In this document: piece by piece, positions 36,585 to 51,992 of the stretch
Layout of the letters: each line of letters opens with the position of its first letter
Numbering within the stretch: the first letter of the stretch is position 1
Assembly (NCBI RefSeq): GCF_006345805.1
Contig: NC_043014.1
Span: 14,880,001-14,944,000, forward strand
Length of the DNA: 64,000 nt
From: Octopus sinensis
Taxonomy: Eukaryota
Reading direction: 5' to 3'
Program-made: the position numbers and the translations under genes
Notes under the pieces: generated by a model
What the model was told of the DNA's origin: nothing
Databases searched by the model: none
What the model saw: only the letters and a program-made list of their open reading frames with translations

Positions 36585-38848
36585 TTATTGTGATGCTTTT
36601 CAAGTTTTAATGACACTGGCTTTGTAGTTTTATGTTCGTGAAAACTTTCCACTCGAGTTACTTCCTTCAGAAAATGCCGGACTCCTTGTTCTTGAGTCAA
36701 CCCAGATTTCCTTTTTTTCTTTTCTTTTTTTTTTCACTTCTAGTACGCTTGATTAGAAATTCGAAAAGAATTTTTAAATATTAAGATATGCTCGTTCACA
36801 TACGAAATTTTCAATAAACATGATTCATTTTTTTCTTTTAAATAAATTATCTGGAAAATCAAACCCACGTTATCGAAAATAATCTTTATGATTTGAAGAA
36901 TTAATAGTTATTATATCGCATTAACGGAAACAGACCAATTTTCAATAATCACTCTTCTAATAAATACCGTTGTGTATTTACATATTTCGTATCAGGCAAA
37001 AGGAAAAATTGTAATAATGTTGAAGCTATCTCCCCTGGTTACAATACAGCGCTAGGTAGAACTACAAATAATTTCAATCTTCACGTAGAAAATAATCATA
37101 ACTAAGAAAATCTTTTGTGGAACAAGGTTTTCATTAACAGAAAGTTATTAATGAAATGAATATTTAATTAGATAGTAATGGCCAAGTTTATTCTTGTTGA
37201 GCTTACTTTCTGTGATCATTCATTAGAATTGGTTAAACTTCCAGTTTGTGAAATATTAAACTAAATATTGTCTATGTTATAAAATCTGCATTGCTATATG
37301 TAAACATCTTTTTAAAAATAGTTTTCCATATTTTTGACTTTATAGTCATATTTGTCATCGTTATTTGCGGTATGGAGAGACACGTAATGATTCTTTCCAA
37401 TTTTGGCACAGGGTCATTAATTTTGTAAGGTAGGGGAAGCCAAAGGAAGCCGATTACATCGATCCCAGTACTTATCTGGTACTTTTTAATCAATCTTCGG
37501 AAGGATGAAAAGTGAAGTCGATCTCGGAGGAATTTGAACTCAGAACGTAAAGAACCAGAACAAATGCCGCTAAGTATTTTATCCGACACGCTAACAATTC
37601 TCCCAGCTCGCCGCCTTATGTGTAGATCAGTTATAATGGTTTCAAATTTTGGCACAAGGCCAGCAATTTCGGGGAGTGGATAAGTCGACTACATCGACCC
37701 CAGTGCTCAACTGGTACTTATTTTATCATACCCGAAAGGATGAAAGGTAAAGTCAACCTCGGCGGAATTTGAACTCAGAGCACAAAAAACGGACGAAATG
37801 CCGCTAAGCATTTTGCCCAGCGCATTAACAATTCTTCCAGCTCGCAGCCTTACGCGTTGACCAGTAATAATAACAATTTGTAATATAGATTTGAAGAGTG
37901 AGTATTGACCATTACACTGACCCCAATATTTAACTGGAACTATGTTTTATCCATTTTGGAAGGGTAACAAAGTCAACTTCGATGATAATATGGCATAAGG
38001 CCAAGGGAGATAACTAAATATCACAAGGTATTTTGTCTACCGCTTTCTCCATTACATCGAATCACAGGTAACCATTATAGCATATATGACAATTTAAAAT
38101 GATTTCCTTATTGAAAAACAAATCCAAGCAAGATAACTAAATACCATAAGGCATGGTTTCAGCTGCTTTATCGATTATAACAAATCACAGATAACCTTTA
38201 TAGTAAATATAACATTTTTTAAAAGCTTTCTTTTTGGAGCGCAAAGCCTAGGGAAATAATTAAATATCACAAGGCTTTCATCTATCTCTCTATCGATTAT
38301 ATCAAAACACAAATCACTCTTATAGTAAATATAACATATCTTAAAAGATATAATTTATTTGAAAATGGATCCATTCGTTTACCACTGAATACTTCGTCTT
38401 GAAATAGCGAGCGTGTTGAAAGAAAGATAACTCGAAAGAGCATGAAGTTTTACTCTCCATATTAACGAGACTATATTCGGAAATCGTAGGCTTCACGTGA
38501 GTGAAGTGAGTGAACACAAGAATTGAATTGATGTCACAAAGACTAATTTCATGAAACTTTAGCGCTCCTACTAGTCTTAAGAGCTCAACATTTTGAAATA
38601 AAAAGTAGAAGAATCCATTTAAGGCCTTTCCGTTACACACGTGCAGTTAATCACCACAATTTGTGAAGAAATTTTAATTGATATATTTATTATATAACCG
38701 GGAACCAATTTTAAACGGACTGACTGGAAGGCAGGTATTCAATTTATATTCTGATAAATACGTACATACATACATACAATTATGTACAATTATGTATATA
38801 CATATTTATATATATAATTAATTATGTACACATATATACTTAATTATG

Positions 38849-38879
<31 letters not shown>

Positions 38880-41066
38880 TATACTTGTATATATGATAAT
38901 CAGACTCCAAAGAGGTTGTTGGTCTGTAGTAAAATTCATAAAAAGCGTACAGAGAACTTGCCGTGAAGAGTGGTAGCCCATTTTTTTTTGAAATTAGATG
39001 TAAAATTCTGCTGTCTCTTATTGATTTTTCTCCTTTCTCCTGAAGAAAGACTTTGTTCGAAGCGTTAGATTTTCCACTCATCACGTCAATTTATATGTAC
39101 TCTTTTAACCGATTTTACTACACCAATAACTATGTTTATGTATAAATATTATATATATATATATATTTTTATAAAGTATATATATTATACAAGTATGTAT
39201 ATATGTATATATATGCACATATATATTATCTTTTGTATCTTTTACTTGGAGAATTTTTTAATCAAATTGATATATTGTATATATATATATACACATAATA
39301 TAATATAAATATGTAATGTGTGTATGTAAAAATATTATATTATATAATAGAATGCATGCATTCATATGTATTAGGTTTACACGTATACCCTCAATGCATA
39401 TACATACACAGACATATGTTTTAAGTCTCGAACAGGAATTAAATACATTATGTCAAGGAAATACTCAATACTTTACATATGTAGAATCAAAATTTAATAT
39501 CTTGGATAGGTTATGCCCTACAATTATTCAGTTGCTGCAATAGAATTTCGAACTCCTCACCCTCCAAAGCAAAATAATTATACAAATGTAAACACACCAA
39601 TCTATCTATCTGTCTATATATTTGCATATACACCTACATAGTAGATATATTAGGTTTTCGCGCGATCCAAACAGTTAATGAATTGTCTTAATCGATTCTC
39701 CCGCCCTTAGAAGGATTTCATCAGAATGGGGTTCATCAGAGCTGTCTATATCGCTTGTGTATAAACAAGTAGCTATTCTCTTTATATACACATCAAATCT
39801 AGTAGCGTGAGAGAATTGGATCTCCTAATTTGGATACTTTTGGTGTTTAACACTTTATTAATATCAACGACTTGTCGACGAGAAACTCAGTCTAGACAAA
39901 CACACGCGCACAAACACACACGCACATACAAATGTGTGTATGTGTGTGTGTGTGTGTGTGTATCAATGTATGTATGCAAGTATATATGTATGTCATTATT
40001 CAGTTTATTTGGCTTATTTCAAGATATCTTGCCAATAAAGAGAGAGCCGGTTTCTAACCTAGATCCAAGGCCTCTTCTTTAGAATTCCAACGACATCTAC
40101 AGGGTATTTTTTCATGTATGTATGTATATGCGCAGACTTGTATGTTTTATGTATGTATGTATGTATGTATGTATGTATGTATGTATGTATGTATGTATGT
40201 ATGTATGTATGTATGTATGTATGTATGTATGTATGTATGTTTGTGACAACCTGGCCACTGGTGGTGGTGTAACACACCATGCTAATCATATCTGTCGGGC
40301 ATGTGGAAGAGAGTGAAATTCGCAGGAGGACTTAAATGGCATGCAAAGGTACATGAAGCCCAGTTACAACTACAGCCGGCTATTACCAGTAAAGGTATTA
40401 GTTGCCAATTCTGTACAAGACATTGTAGATCTTTAGCTGTGCTAAAAAGTCACATTCGATCACAGCACCAGTAACAGTTAAGCTTCGTGCAATGGCCATA
40501 CTCGATAACGAGGGGGCAGCCATCATGTATGTGTGTATGTATGTATGTATGTATGTATCAATGTTTGTGTGTGTATTTTTCGATTAATAATGAGTTAATG
40601 CTCGAAAGCGGTACACATGTTGCAATATGTTGTAATACCTCAAAGGAAAAATGATTGGCGAGCATTATCGTGCCAGTACATCTATATTCGTTTGTTACCG
40701 ATTCATTTATCACTGATCCGGGACAACATATCACTCTATTTACGAACCATGTTATGCTTATCACGAATTGACCTTTGACAACTCGGTTCGGTGATCAGTC
40801 AAAGATTCTCTGTAGATCACAAAGCGTGACCGAGAGACCTCCAACCTATCACAACATGGGGATTTTGAACCAAACGTATTTCCTCCATATGCTTTATTAC
40901 TAATTTATCAATGATTCATTTAAAACGGTGTTTTTTTATTATTTTGTAACCAAAACCCGTGATAAACGAGTAGAAAATTACAAAACTGCAGACTCTACAA
41001 CTATAAAGTATTGAGTACTTGTTTCATTTTAAAGTGTACTTGATACACTCACATATATACATACAT

Positions 41067-41107
<41 letters not shown>

Positions 41108-41696
41108 AATATATAACAATGTATATATATATATATGATTATATGTCTATAAATATATATAAATATTATGTAAGTATACGTATATTACACAATATTTTTG
41201 GGGTCCTTTTATAGGTATGTGCATGCATATAAATGCATCTCAATTTATACAAGTACACATACATAAATGTATATATGTATATGCAAGTATATCTATATAC
41301 TTGCTTATAAAAAATTATGCAGGCATATAAAGTGTCGATCGCAATTTGTGCAGAAATTCTCATGAACATATAATTAGGAACCAATTCGTAATGCAGTAAC
41401 TGCACGGCAAGATTCTGTCACATATTTATTTATAATATTTACTAACATATATACTTATATATAATTATATATATATATATATATATGCATGTATACTAAT
41501 GCATGTTACAAGAATATCTTATATACATACATACATACATACATACTATATATATATATATACACACACATATATATATATTATATATAAACATATATAT
41601 ATCATGCTACATATACAAGCAAGCACATTATATACATATATACACAACATAACACACACATATATACACTCACGCCCACACAATACATACATATAT

Positions 41697-41799
<103 letters not shown>

Positions 41800-42203
41800 G
41801 CTGTGTTGATAATCCTTCATCTGAAATGTTTAGAACCAGAAATGTTTGGGGTTTAAAATTTTTTCCCATGTACGAATGAATGTAAAACGGCACATTTTGA
41901 GCCTGGAATTCAAATTTACACACGTAATCTCTTTAATGTCATAACACACCCCATTAAACATAGTATTAGTTTTATATAAATATGATGCCAGTCCAGTTTT
42001 GCACAATCTGTAAGAAACACAAATCTGTCTTACGTGTTGCGTCTGCGTGACGTAATATAGCCACAAATTGGATATATCACTTTTTACCACTTCCGGTTTA
42101 AGCGTACTGTCATTTGAAATCAAACCTTGTAACATTGCATTTCTTTATTCTGGAAAACATTTCGGATTTCAGCAGATTTCAGAATTCCAGATAAAGAATA
42201 TAT

Positions 42204-42283
<80 letters not shown>

Positions 42284-43172
42284 TTACGTATATATATATA
42301 TAACAAGAATATTTATATAACTGATATATATATATATATGTATAAACGTTTATATATCATATAAATATTAAATACATGTATACACATATACATGCATATG
42401 TATTCATAACATCTCATATTATATATATATAATTATTATTATTATTATTATTATCATCATTATTATTATTATTATATTATACATACAGTAGCTCAGCACC
42501 AAAAACCATTATGCGACGGTAAAGAATAACAGATATTTATGCAATATTCCGAAATATAGTTACATCGAATAAAAAGATTAAATTCAATAGGTATAAAATA
42601 TTGGCGAAGACAATATGCACCCAGCCGCACAATCATAGATTTTTAAAAATGAACGTTATACACAAATGCACATTAACTCGTTAGCACGTCATAACTGTGT
42701 ATGATTTTATTAGCTTCAGTCATTGAAAGCAAGGTGATGGGGCACCAACTTGGAGAGTTTCCCTCTTCAAATCGATCAGAGTACTTATAAGTTTGTTACT
42801 TGCTGTAAGGACGTCCTTTGTTTTTGCTGAATCTCTTTGTTACACAGAAGCGTGAACAAACCCAAACCAACGGCAGTCATCATGCAGTACGAGGGAATCG
42901 TTCACGCTTCATTTGTGCATACATACATACATACATACATACATACATACATGTGTGTATATATATATACATATATAATGGGAAGGTTTACGAAAATAAA
43001 CAAAAGACGAAGGCAGGTGGAGTACAAAGAAACAAATGTATTAGTATAGCGCTCAGGAATAGAAATAGAAAAAGTCTTTTACGTTTCGAGCCTACGCTCT
43101 TCGACAAAAAGACACACAGAAAAAAACAAGAGAAAAAATGCGTGTAGGAGCTAACGATCTATCATGATATAT

Positions 43173-43204
<32 letters not shown>

Positions 43205-43241
43205 ATATATAAAGATATATTAATGAAAGCATACAATATTA

Positions 43242-43473
43242 TATTCTAGATCAATTTCAGCCGATCTTGCCCAACGGTTCCGCATAGGTACTAAATAACG
43301 GCACAGTTAAGTGACACCACGTTCTCTTCAGAGATGGCAGAAATAACGCCATATTTTTTTCCGTATCTGCCATCACTGAAGAGCACACGAAGTTACTTAA
43401 TCGTGGGGTTATCTAATATCCTGTCATTTCATATTCAGTGCTGAAATGGATCGGCTGAAATAGATCAACAATA
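43242..43473. mobile_element. MITE-like element with terminal and nested internal inverted repeats
   Basis: GATCAATTTCAGCCGATC (43249-43266) pairs with GATCGGCTGAAATAGATC (43449-43466). Internally, CTCTTCAGAGATGGCAGA pairs with TCTGCCATCACTGAAGAG. Confidence 0.6.
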
Positions 43474-43575
43474 CTGTATACTTTGATTAATATACTCACT
43501 CAGTTAACAAATATGTGGGTATATCTTTTTTCTTAGACGTCTATATATAAAGACGGATATAGATATAGATACATA

Positions 43576-43630
<55 letters not shown>

Positions 43631-43765
43631 TTACGCACACACACAAACATATATATATATATACACCAATACATATATATACATATATATACATACATAC
43701 ACACACCACACACACACACACACACTATATATATATATACATACATACATACATACATACATACA

Positions 43766-43797
<32 letters not shown>

Positions 43798-45019
43798 AAC
43801 AACTTATAAACAAGGGCAAAAGAAAAAAATTCCAATGCCAAATAATCCGAAAATAGACTTAATCGTCAATAACCATATAATTTATCACTATAAGCACGCG
43901 TCTCGAAAGCAAGCCGACAGAAATTTCTAAAAAATTTCTTTATTATCGAATCGGCCCCGATTTTTTAGTTAATTCATTTAGAAATTTCTCGTCATCAGCG
44001 ATAAATACGATAAGTAAACAAATGAGATACTTACTTGTACCCATGTAAGAAGTAAACACTAAGTCATGTGTACAGTTAAGTACTCCAAATATATCCAAAA
44101 TAGAAATTCTACGGCATACCTCGAGACACGTGTGATCGGACTGAAAATTCTCATAGAGTGAGAGAAACCGGAAGTGAATGATATTAAATTTACATCTAAT
44201 ATAGAATAAAATTTTCGAAAAAATGTTATCAATGGCCAGCATATTAAAAAAATACCATTAAAGGTTAAATTTATAAACAACTTACATACATACATACATA
44301 TGTACATACAGGCATATATAGTCATATATATGTGAGTGTGTATGTGCACACTTGGATTTACAACAATTTCAGCTAGATTCCAAAAGGCATCTGAAAATCA
44401 TCAAGCCAAACTTATACGGTCTGAATATTTTGTAGAACCATTTTAGACTTAGACATCCATGTTTTCTCATTTTACATTTCTTTTAAATATAAAAACGAGA
44501 AGGATTTGTTGTACACCCTTCGGTATTCAAGAAATTCAAGAAAAATAATTATGCAATACATTTATTTTTTTCAGGAAATATTTTTTACATCATTGAGCCC
44601 ATTTGTATATTTTCTTTCATCCTTTCTTTGTTTTAGTTGTTCTTTTCTTTTGTTTTTTTGTTTTTTGTTTTTTTTCTTTTAGTACAATTATTCACAAAAC
44701 CATGAAAAATGAAATCACGTATAATGTTTTCTTTTATAATTTTAAATTGTAACATAACACACGACCAGAAATTTGGGTGGTGCTTTGAGCATTGGCCTAT
44801 GAAAGGCTCCAGTAGATGACTAGGAATTCATTTTAGTTATTTTATTGACTCCGGCAGGACAAAAGGCAAAGTTAACCTCAATAGGGTTTTAATTCAGAGC
44901 TTAAACAATCAAATCAAATGCTGCTGTAATAGTTTTGCTGTTTCTAATTTAGACATAAGGCCAGCAATTTTGAGGGAAGGGTCTAATTATGTAAACTGAT
45001 CCAAACATTGGACTGGTAT

Positions 45020-45425
45020 ATTCTTATTTCTTTACTGCCCACAAGGGGCTACACACAGAGGGGACAAACAAGGACAGAGAAAGGTCTTAAGTAACTGGTA
45101 CTTATTTAATCGACCCCGAAAGGATGAAAGGCAAAGTCGACCTCGGCGGAATTTGAACTCAGAACGTAGCGGCAGACGAAATACCTATTTCTATTTCTTT
45201 ATTACCCACAAGGAGCTAAACATAGAGAGGACAAACAAGGACAGACAAGGGATTAAGTCGATTACAATCGACCCCAGTGATGACTGGTACTTAATTTATC
45301 GACCCCGAAGGATGAAATGCAAAGTCGACCTCGGCGAATTTTGAACTCAGAACGTAACGGCAGACGAAATAACCCGCTAAGAGCATTTCACCCGGCGCGC
45401 TAACGTTTCCGCCAGCTCACCGCCT
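45020..45425 (-). mobile_element. Dimeric SINE family A, second copy
   Basis: Same two-monomer layout and near-identical junction as 27168-27593. Monomers also occur at ~21350, 22868, 28596, 30480, 37380, 37630, 46000, 46225, 46745 and 61322. Confidence 0.8.
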
Positions 45426-45856
45426 TGGTATATTCTATTATCAATCTTAATACAGGATCTTATAATAACTGGTTCTGATTTAGACACAAGGCCACCAGTC
45501 TTGAAAAGAGAGTTTGACGATATCGTCGATCCTAGTGTTTCTGTGGCTGGTACTTTCTTTTATAAAATCCGAAATCATGAAAGGTAAAGTAATCTAAGGA
45601 ACCGGAACAAATAACTGAAAGTATGAAAGACAAAGTCAACCTCAGCAGCATTTGATCGAAGAACGTAACGACAGACGAAATACTGCTAAACATTTTGCTT
45701 GCATGCTACGATTCCTGCAGACTCACCACCTTATTATTATTATTGAGTGAGAGAGCAGTTCCAAGCGCATCAAAGTGACACTGGGGTAAATATACAAGCC
45801 ACAATATACCCTCATGACTACCTGTCTGATAGGGTACACCCGGCACATGCATCACA

Positions 45857-45895
<39 letters not shown>

Positions 45896-45898
45896 ATT

Positions 45899-45951
<53 letters not shown>

Positions 45952-46472
45952 CAACAATAATCCTTTTTACTATAGGCACAACGCCTGAAATTTTGGGGGA
46001 GAGGGCCTATCAAATAGATCGATCCAAGTACTCAATTGATACTTAATGTATCGACCCCGAAAGAGTGAAAGGCAAAGTCGACCTCGGTGGAATTTGAACT
46101 CAGAACGTGCGTTCGGACGAAATGCTGCTAAGCATTTGGCCTGTCGTGCTAAAGATTCTGCCAGCTTACTGCCTTAAATTAATGATGATGATAATAATAA
46201 TAATAATGATAATAATAATCTTTTCTACTAGAGGTACAAGGCATGATATTCTTTTTTGGGGGAGGGGTGTTAGGCGATTGCATCGACCCAAGTGTTTCTC
46301 TGGTGCTTATTTTATCGACACCGAAAGGATGAAAGGCGAAGTCGATCTCGGCAGAGTTTGAACTCAGAACGTAGCGACGGGCGAAATACCGCTAAGCATT
46401 TCACCCAGCGTGCTAACGATTCTGCCAGCTCGCCGCCTTAATAATAATGATGATGATGATAATAATAATAGC

Positions 46473-46524
<52 letters not shown>

Positions 46525-47829
46525 TTTGAGATGAGGAATTGTCTTTATTATACACTGATTTATTCGGGCTAGTGTCCTCATCTTGGTTATAGTCATAACA
46601 CTTTTGGTTTTGAGTGGAAGGAACCACAACACAAATCAACAACGATGATCAAGGTTAGAAAGATCCTTCAGCTGTAAGACTAGCATCGACTGCTAAGAGT
46701 AAAAGTATAACAGTAGAAATGTTAGTGAAAAGAAAATCTGCCTCTATTTCTTTACTACCCACAAGGGGCTAAACACAGAGGGGACAAACAAGGACAGATA
46801 AACGGATTAAGTCGATTATATCGGCCCCAGTGCGTAACTGGTACTTAATTTATCGACCCCGGAAGGATGAAAGGTTAAGTCGACCTCGGCGGAATTTGAA
46901 CTCAGAACGTAACGGCAGACGAAATTCGGCTACGCATTTCGTCCGGCGTGCTAACGTTTCTGCCAGCTCGCCGCCTGCTAAGAGTAAAAATATAACAGTA
47001 GAAAATGTTAGTGAAAAGAAAATCTGCCTCGCTTTCTCTACCTTACATTAGAGGCACGAAGAAAATAGATTCTGAAGAATTGCAAATTTGCAATCTACAG
47101 AGCATCAGGACAGTATTCAAAACAGATCCCCCGCACAAATCCTCCATTCGACGAGGTCATAGCCAAGAACCGTATGTATTCCATCCCATATATTTTGGCA
47201 GTGAATATAAAGGTGAGATCAGCCGTCGCCTTAAAAATAAGGCTGGAGAATATCGTTAAGCCGTTGTCCGCGGGAAGAACGATTAACAGATAAGGCTGAT
47301 CTTTTGTGGAGGTAAAATGGTAGTCACAACCTTTGTGAAAAAAGTTAAGACAATAGAAAGGGAACAACACTAGAAGATAACTAACATATATTGTGTTTTT
47401 ATAATCTCCTTCGTAAGTCTAGCATAAGCGAGGAACACTGTACGCAAACCTTTAATTGACTAACAAAGAAACGTTAAACCCACTACCTTTAGAGTTTCTA
47501 ATTTCCGGCAACATGTATATAGTCATAGATTAAGAGCTATTTTTTAAAAGTGAATTGGGTGGGCTATGAGTTCAATTCTTGGGGCATTCAGTGCATATAC
47601 ATATATCTTTTATTTGTTTCAGTCACTGGAGTGGGGCCATGCTCGGGCACCACCTTGAAGAGTTTTACTCGAACAGACCGAGCCCAGAACTCATATTCTT
47701 TTAGGTTTCGTACCTGTTCTGTCGGCCAAACCAGTTCAAAATCTGTTGTCAAGAGGTGATTGGGGTAAAAAAAAAATACAACGAAATGCACACACAAACG
47801 CACGTCTATGTGGGTGTGTGAGTGCATAT

Positions 47830-48029
47830 ATAATTATAATTAAGGGTTAATTGCAACAAGTTGCTCAAAACCACATACCGAAAATATTAGAAATAGCAGC
47901 CAATTGATCACTATTTAGTGATCAATTTGGCTGCTATCACTAAATAGTGATTAATTTGGCTGCTATTTCTAATATTTTCGGTATGTGGTTTTGAGCAACT
48001 TGTTGCAGTTAACCCTTAATTATAATTAT
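47830..48029. repeat. Foldback hairpin with GAAATAGCAGCCAA core and internal duplication
   Basis: About 75-bp near-perfect arms. The centre contains two copies of TCACTA..TAGTGAT-AATTTGGCTGCTA. Confidence 0.8.
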
Positions 48030-48135
48030 TATAACCTTACCAAATATGGTCTTTTCCATACCGATAAATCTACTAGGTGAAATTTATTAATTTTATTAAA
48101 TTAATTATATTCCACCCTTTTTGCATATATATATA

Positions 48136-48184
<49 letters not shown>

Positions 48185-48536
48185 GTGTGTGTGTGTGTGT
48201 GTGTTTGTGTGGGTGTAAAGTCATAAATGACAGGGAAATAACATGATGAAATTATATTTAATAACAAGAACATAAAATATCACGACAAATTGTTTCGTAA
48301 CTCAAAAACATGTAAATATATTACGTTATTTGTTTTCCACCTGCCTTCGTCTTTTGTTTATTTTCATAAAGCTTCCCGTTATATATATATACATATCTAT
48401 ATATATATATATATGTGTGTATATATATGCATGTATTTATATATGTATGTATATATGTATGTATATATATGTGTATGTATATATATGTATATATATGTAT
48501 ATATATATATGTATGTATGTATATATATGTATATAT

Positions 48537-48572
<36 letters not shown>

Positions 48573-48868
48573 CTATGTATATACATGTATGTATGTATGT
48601 ATATATGTATATATATACACAAATATATATACGTACAAGAGGCTTCCACACATTCCGTCAACCTAATTCACTCACAAGGCATTAGTCAATATGGAGCTAT
48701 TGTAGAATTCTCTTGCACAAGATGCTGCACAGTGGGACTGAATCTGAAACCACATGGTAGCAAAACGTCCTTCTTGACCACACAGCCATCCAAGTATATG
48801 TATATATGTGTATGCATCTGTCAGCGTGTGTGTCTTTAGTATTCGTGTGTGATATATTATATATATAT

Positions 48869-48917
<49 letters not shown>

Positions 48918-49513
48918 TATATAATATGCGCGCGTGTGTGTGTGTGTGTATGTTTGTATGTATGTACCTACGTGTGTATGTATATATGTATACATGTATA
49001 TAAAATAAAGAGTTTATTATGAAATTCCGAAGACGGTCAAATGTCCGAAGCGTTGTAACTATAACAAACCAAGATGAGGACTCTTTTCCAAATATATAAG
49101 CGTACAGTTATTTAACTTTATTTCTTTAAAAACAATAACGATGATATTTTAATGTTGACCACAAGAGTCAAAGAAGTTGGTAGTAGGACTCATAGTAATA
49201 ATAATAATGATAATAATAACAATAATAATAACAATAATAATAATAATGAATTACAATTGTTCTCGTTTTAGTCCTCCGTATATATAATCTATTTATAATC
49301 AACATTTGCATTTAAGCTGATTTTGAAGAATATTAAAACATTTTGGTTAAGAATAGAAAAGTAGAAGTTATTGTAAAAACAAACATTTTTCTTTTTCGAC
49401 TTTTCAACATAACAAACTGGAATACCACGTCCAAGCAATAATATATAACAATATATACATGTGATGCTAATATATATATATATATATAATATATAATATA
49501 TATATAATATATA

Positions 49514-49544
<31 letters not shown>

Positions 49545-49644
49545 ACATACATACATACATATATACATACATATATATATACATATAATTATTACATACA
49601 TACATACAAATATATATATATATATATATATATCTATATATATT

Positions 49645-49734
<90 letters not shown>

Positions 49735-50895
49735 GTATGTATCCATGTATGTAAGTATGTATGTATGCATGCATATATGCATTATGTGTGTATATACGTA
49801 TTTTCTTATTTGAAATATATACGCAGATATACAACGTTAGTGTGGTAGCATTAATTGCGAATTTCATATCGAATTTACATACTTGCATACGCACACACGC
49901 ACAAACACACAGATATGTATATATATACATACATACACATACGTAAATTATGGTCTGAGAGTGAGAAAAAGAGAAATTGAGAGACCGGATAAATTTAGAC
50001 AGAGATCTATTTGTAGGTGTTTTATTATAGAATAAACTCGTCTTGTAGCTTGCAGCAGTAGAATTAACATCTAAAGAAGTAATTCCACTTGATAAGAATA
50101 TCGAATAATAAAATTTCTCCTGCTTTATCCCAAATTTGGATCAGAAATCCCATTTCAGGGTGATCAAAGTAATTATTACCCATGATGCGATCACAAGGTA
50201 TTTCGCATGTTTACTCAATAACCCGATGAAATGAATGATGATTAACTTTGTCAAGAATGTGATTTCGACTGAATTTAGAAGATATCAATTGTCTTTATAA
50301 AGATTCTGTTATAATTTCTGTCTGCCAATAATTACGTCCTGTCGCAGAAACTAACCAGCTTCCCCGATCAATTTCTCCCTCTCCGACTCTCTGTCTGTTT
50401 TTCTCTCACTTCTCATTAACCTCTCTCCAATTTAAACCATTATTCCCACAACGGATGCACTCAAAATACATTGGGCATAACACCCATAACAATCAATATA
50501 GCATTAATTATAAGGAATTATTTATCAACTGAAAAACAATAAACCCGGAAATATGCAATTCATTATTTGAAATTATAATCAGCATCTCATCAAAAAAGCT
50601 TAGTCTCCTGCTAACTGAGCGATTTTAAGATTTATTCTTCAGTTGTATAGAGAGCTGACGAATACCGGTAGATTTGCTCTACTAACAGGAAACCGGAGGT
50701 ACTGGTTGGGGGTGATGACTGCTATTTAAAATTGAAAAAAAAATGTACTCATTCATTTCTCCGGCACTGAGTATTCTTTTTCACGTTCATTCATACTATC
50801 GCAATATACATATTCATATATACACACACACACACACACATAATATTATATATATATATATATTATATATATATATATATATATGTATGCATTTT

Positions 50896-50933
<38 letters not shown>

Positions 50934-50934
50934 A

Positions 50935-50976
<42 letters not shown>

Positions 50977-51744
50977 AATATGTATGCATGTATATGCATA
51001 TATATATGTATATATATGTATACATATATTTATATATACACACATACACACACATATATATATATATATATAGTATTTTTCCTTTTGTAAATCCAAACGC
51101 ATATACATATATATATATATATGTGTGTGTTAAATACATATTAAATATAATTGTTTTCATATTGAAAAGGAATTGTTTCGCACAGATAATTTACATGCGA
51201 AAATGTTCACGCACGTTTTCTAAGTCCATTTAGTTAAAAGTGATCATTGTGAACAGATTCTTTTTAAAGCTTCTTTTAAAAAAAAATTTTTTTGCAATAT
51301 CCCGTATTATCGCAATAGGAGGAAAGTCATCTTATATAGTCGGCTTCGCTTTTTATAATTCGTATTCCAAAGAAAATTTGACATTTACTCTTGTGTCAAA
51401 ATAATATTTCCGTCTGCCGAAAATTATCGGCAAAGTACCCTTGTTGTAAGGGAGTAGAAAAAACTTGATTCCTTATATAAAGAATTGAAAAAGATTGGAA
51501 GAAAAATAGAAAGTAATATAAAATGAATATGCAATCGTGACTGAATATAAATAATCACCAAGGTATAAAAAGGAAACTTTAGATAAACATCTGTTCAGTT
51601 TCATTCACAGTTCATGTTTAAGCATATCAAATATGAACGAAAATAGATAGTTAAAATGAAAATATAAACTGCAAACAAGTGCAACACAATGTAAGACTTT
51701 TTTCTTTTTTTTAACACACAAATTTGTGCTTTAGTTCATTCATT

Positions 51745-51992
51745 TCAGTCTTCGGCAAGGTTTTCATAAGATTTCGAAATGCTTCCTCGCCGAAACAACT
51801 TGTTGAAAAGATGTTTGGGTGAAACCGGCGAACGACTCTTTTGAGGGGTCTTCTCGTGAGAAGAACGAGATTTACGTTGACGCGATCTGATTTCGCTGAC
51901 GAGACAGACGAGTAACTCATCAAGATGGTGATTCAAAATGGTAGACGATTCTATATATTTGCAGTCGTAGGCGGATGCAATTCCTTTGGCTT
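51745..51992 (-). CDS. Terminal coding exon of the same RGK-family GTPase
   Basis: Acceptor tttatttactgttgcAG at 51994-51993. The phase-1 join gives (E)AKGIASAYDCKYIESSTILNHHLDELLVCLVSEIRSRQRKSRSSHEKTPQKSRSPVSPKHLFNKLFRRGSISKSYENLAED*, resembling the RGK DCKFIETSA..HNV..LF and C-terminal KSKSCHDL motifs. Confidence 0.9.

Noticed and set aside
39650-39735. Two minus-strand CUGAUGA motifs upstream of GAAAAC
   Set aside because: I could not pair a stem II closure, stem III or stem I.
43880-44005. Minus-strand CUGAUGA...GAGACGCGUG motif
   Set aside because: GAAA and H17 are both altered and stem II does not close. At most a dead relic.
47070-47105. CUGAAGA followed by a perfect AUUGC/GCAAU hairpin
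   Set aside because: No GAAA or cleavage triplet follows.
49022-49065. CCGAAGA-CGG...CCGAAGCGUUGUA motif
   Set aside because: Several core and stem defects. It is mentioned only as weak support for the U4C pattern.
50631-50636. AATAAA (minus strand) as the RGK polyadenylation signal
   Set aside because: It is the first canonical hexamer I noticed, ~1.1 kb past the stop, but in very AT-rich DNA it is unsupported without 3'-end data.
50650-50706. CUGACGA...GAAACCGGAGGUA hammerhead-like motif
   Set aside because: The core words are present, but stem II closes with A-G and stem I has only 2 bp, which is compatible with chance.
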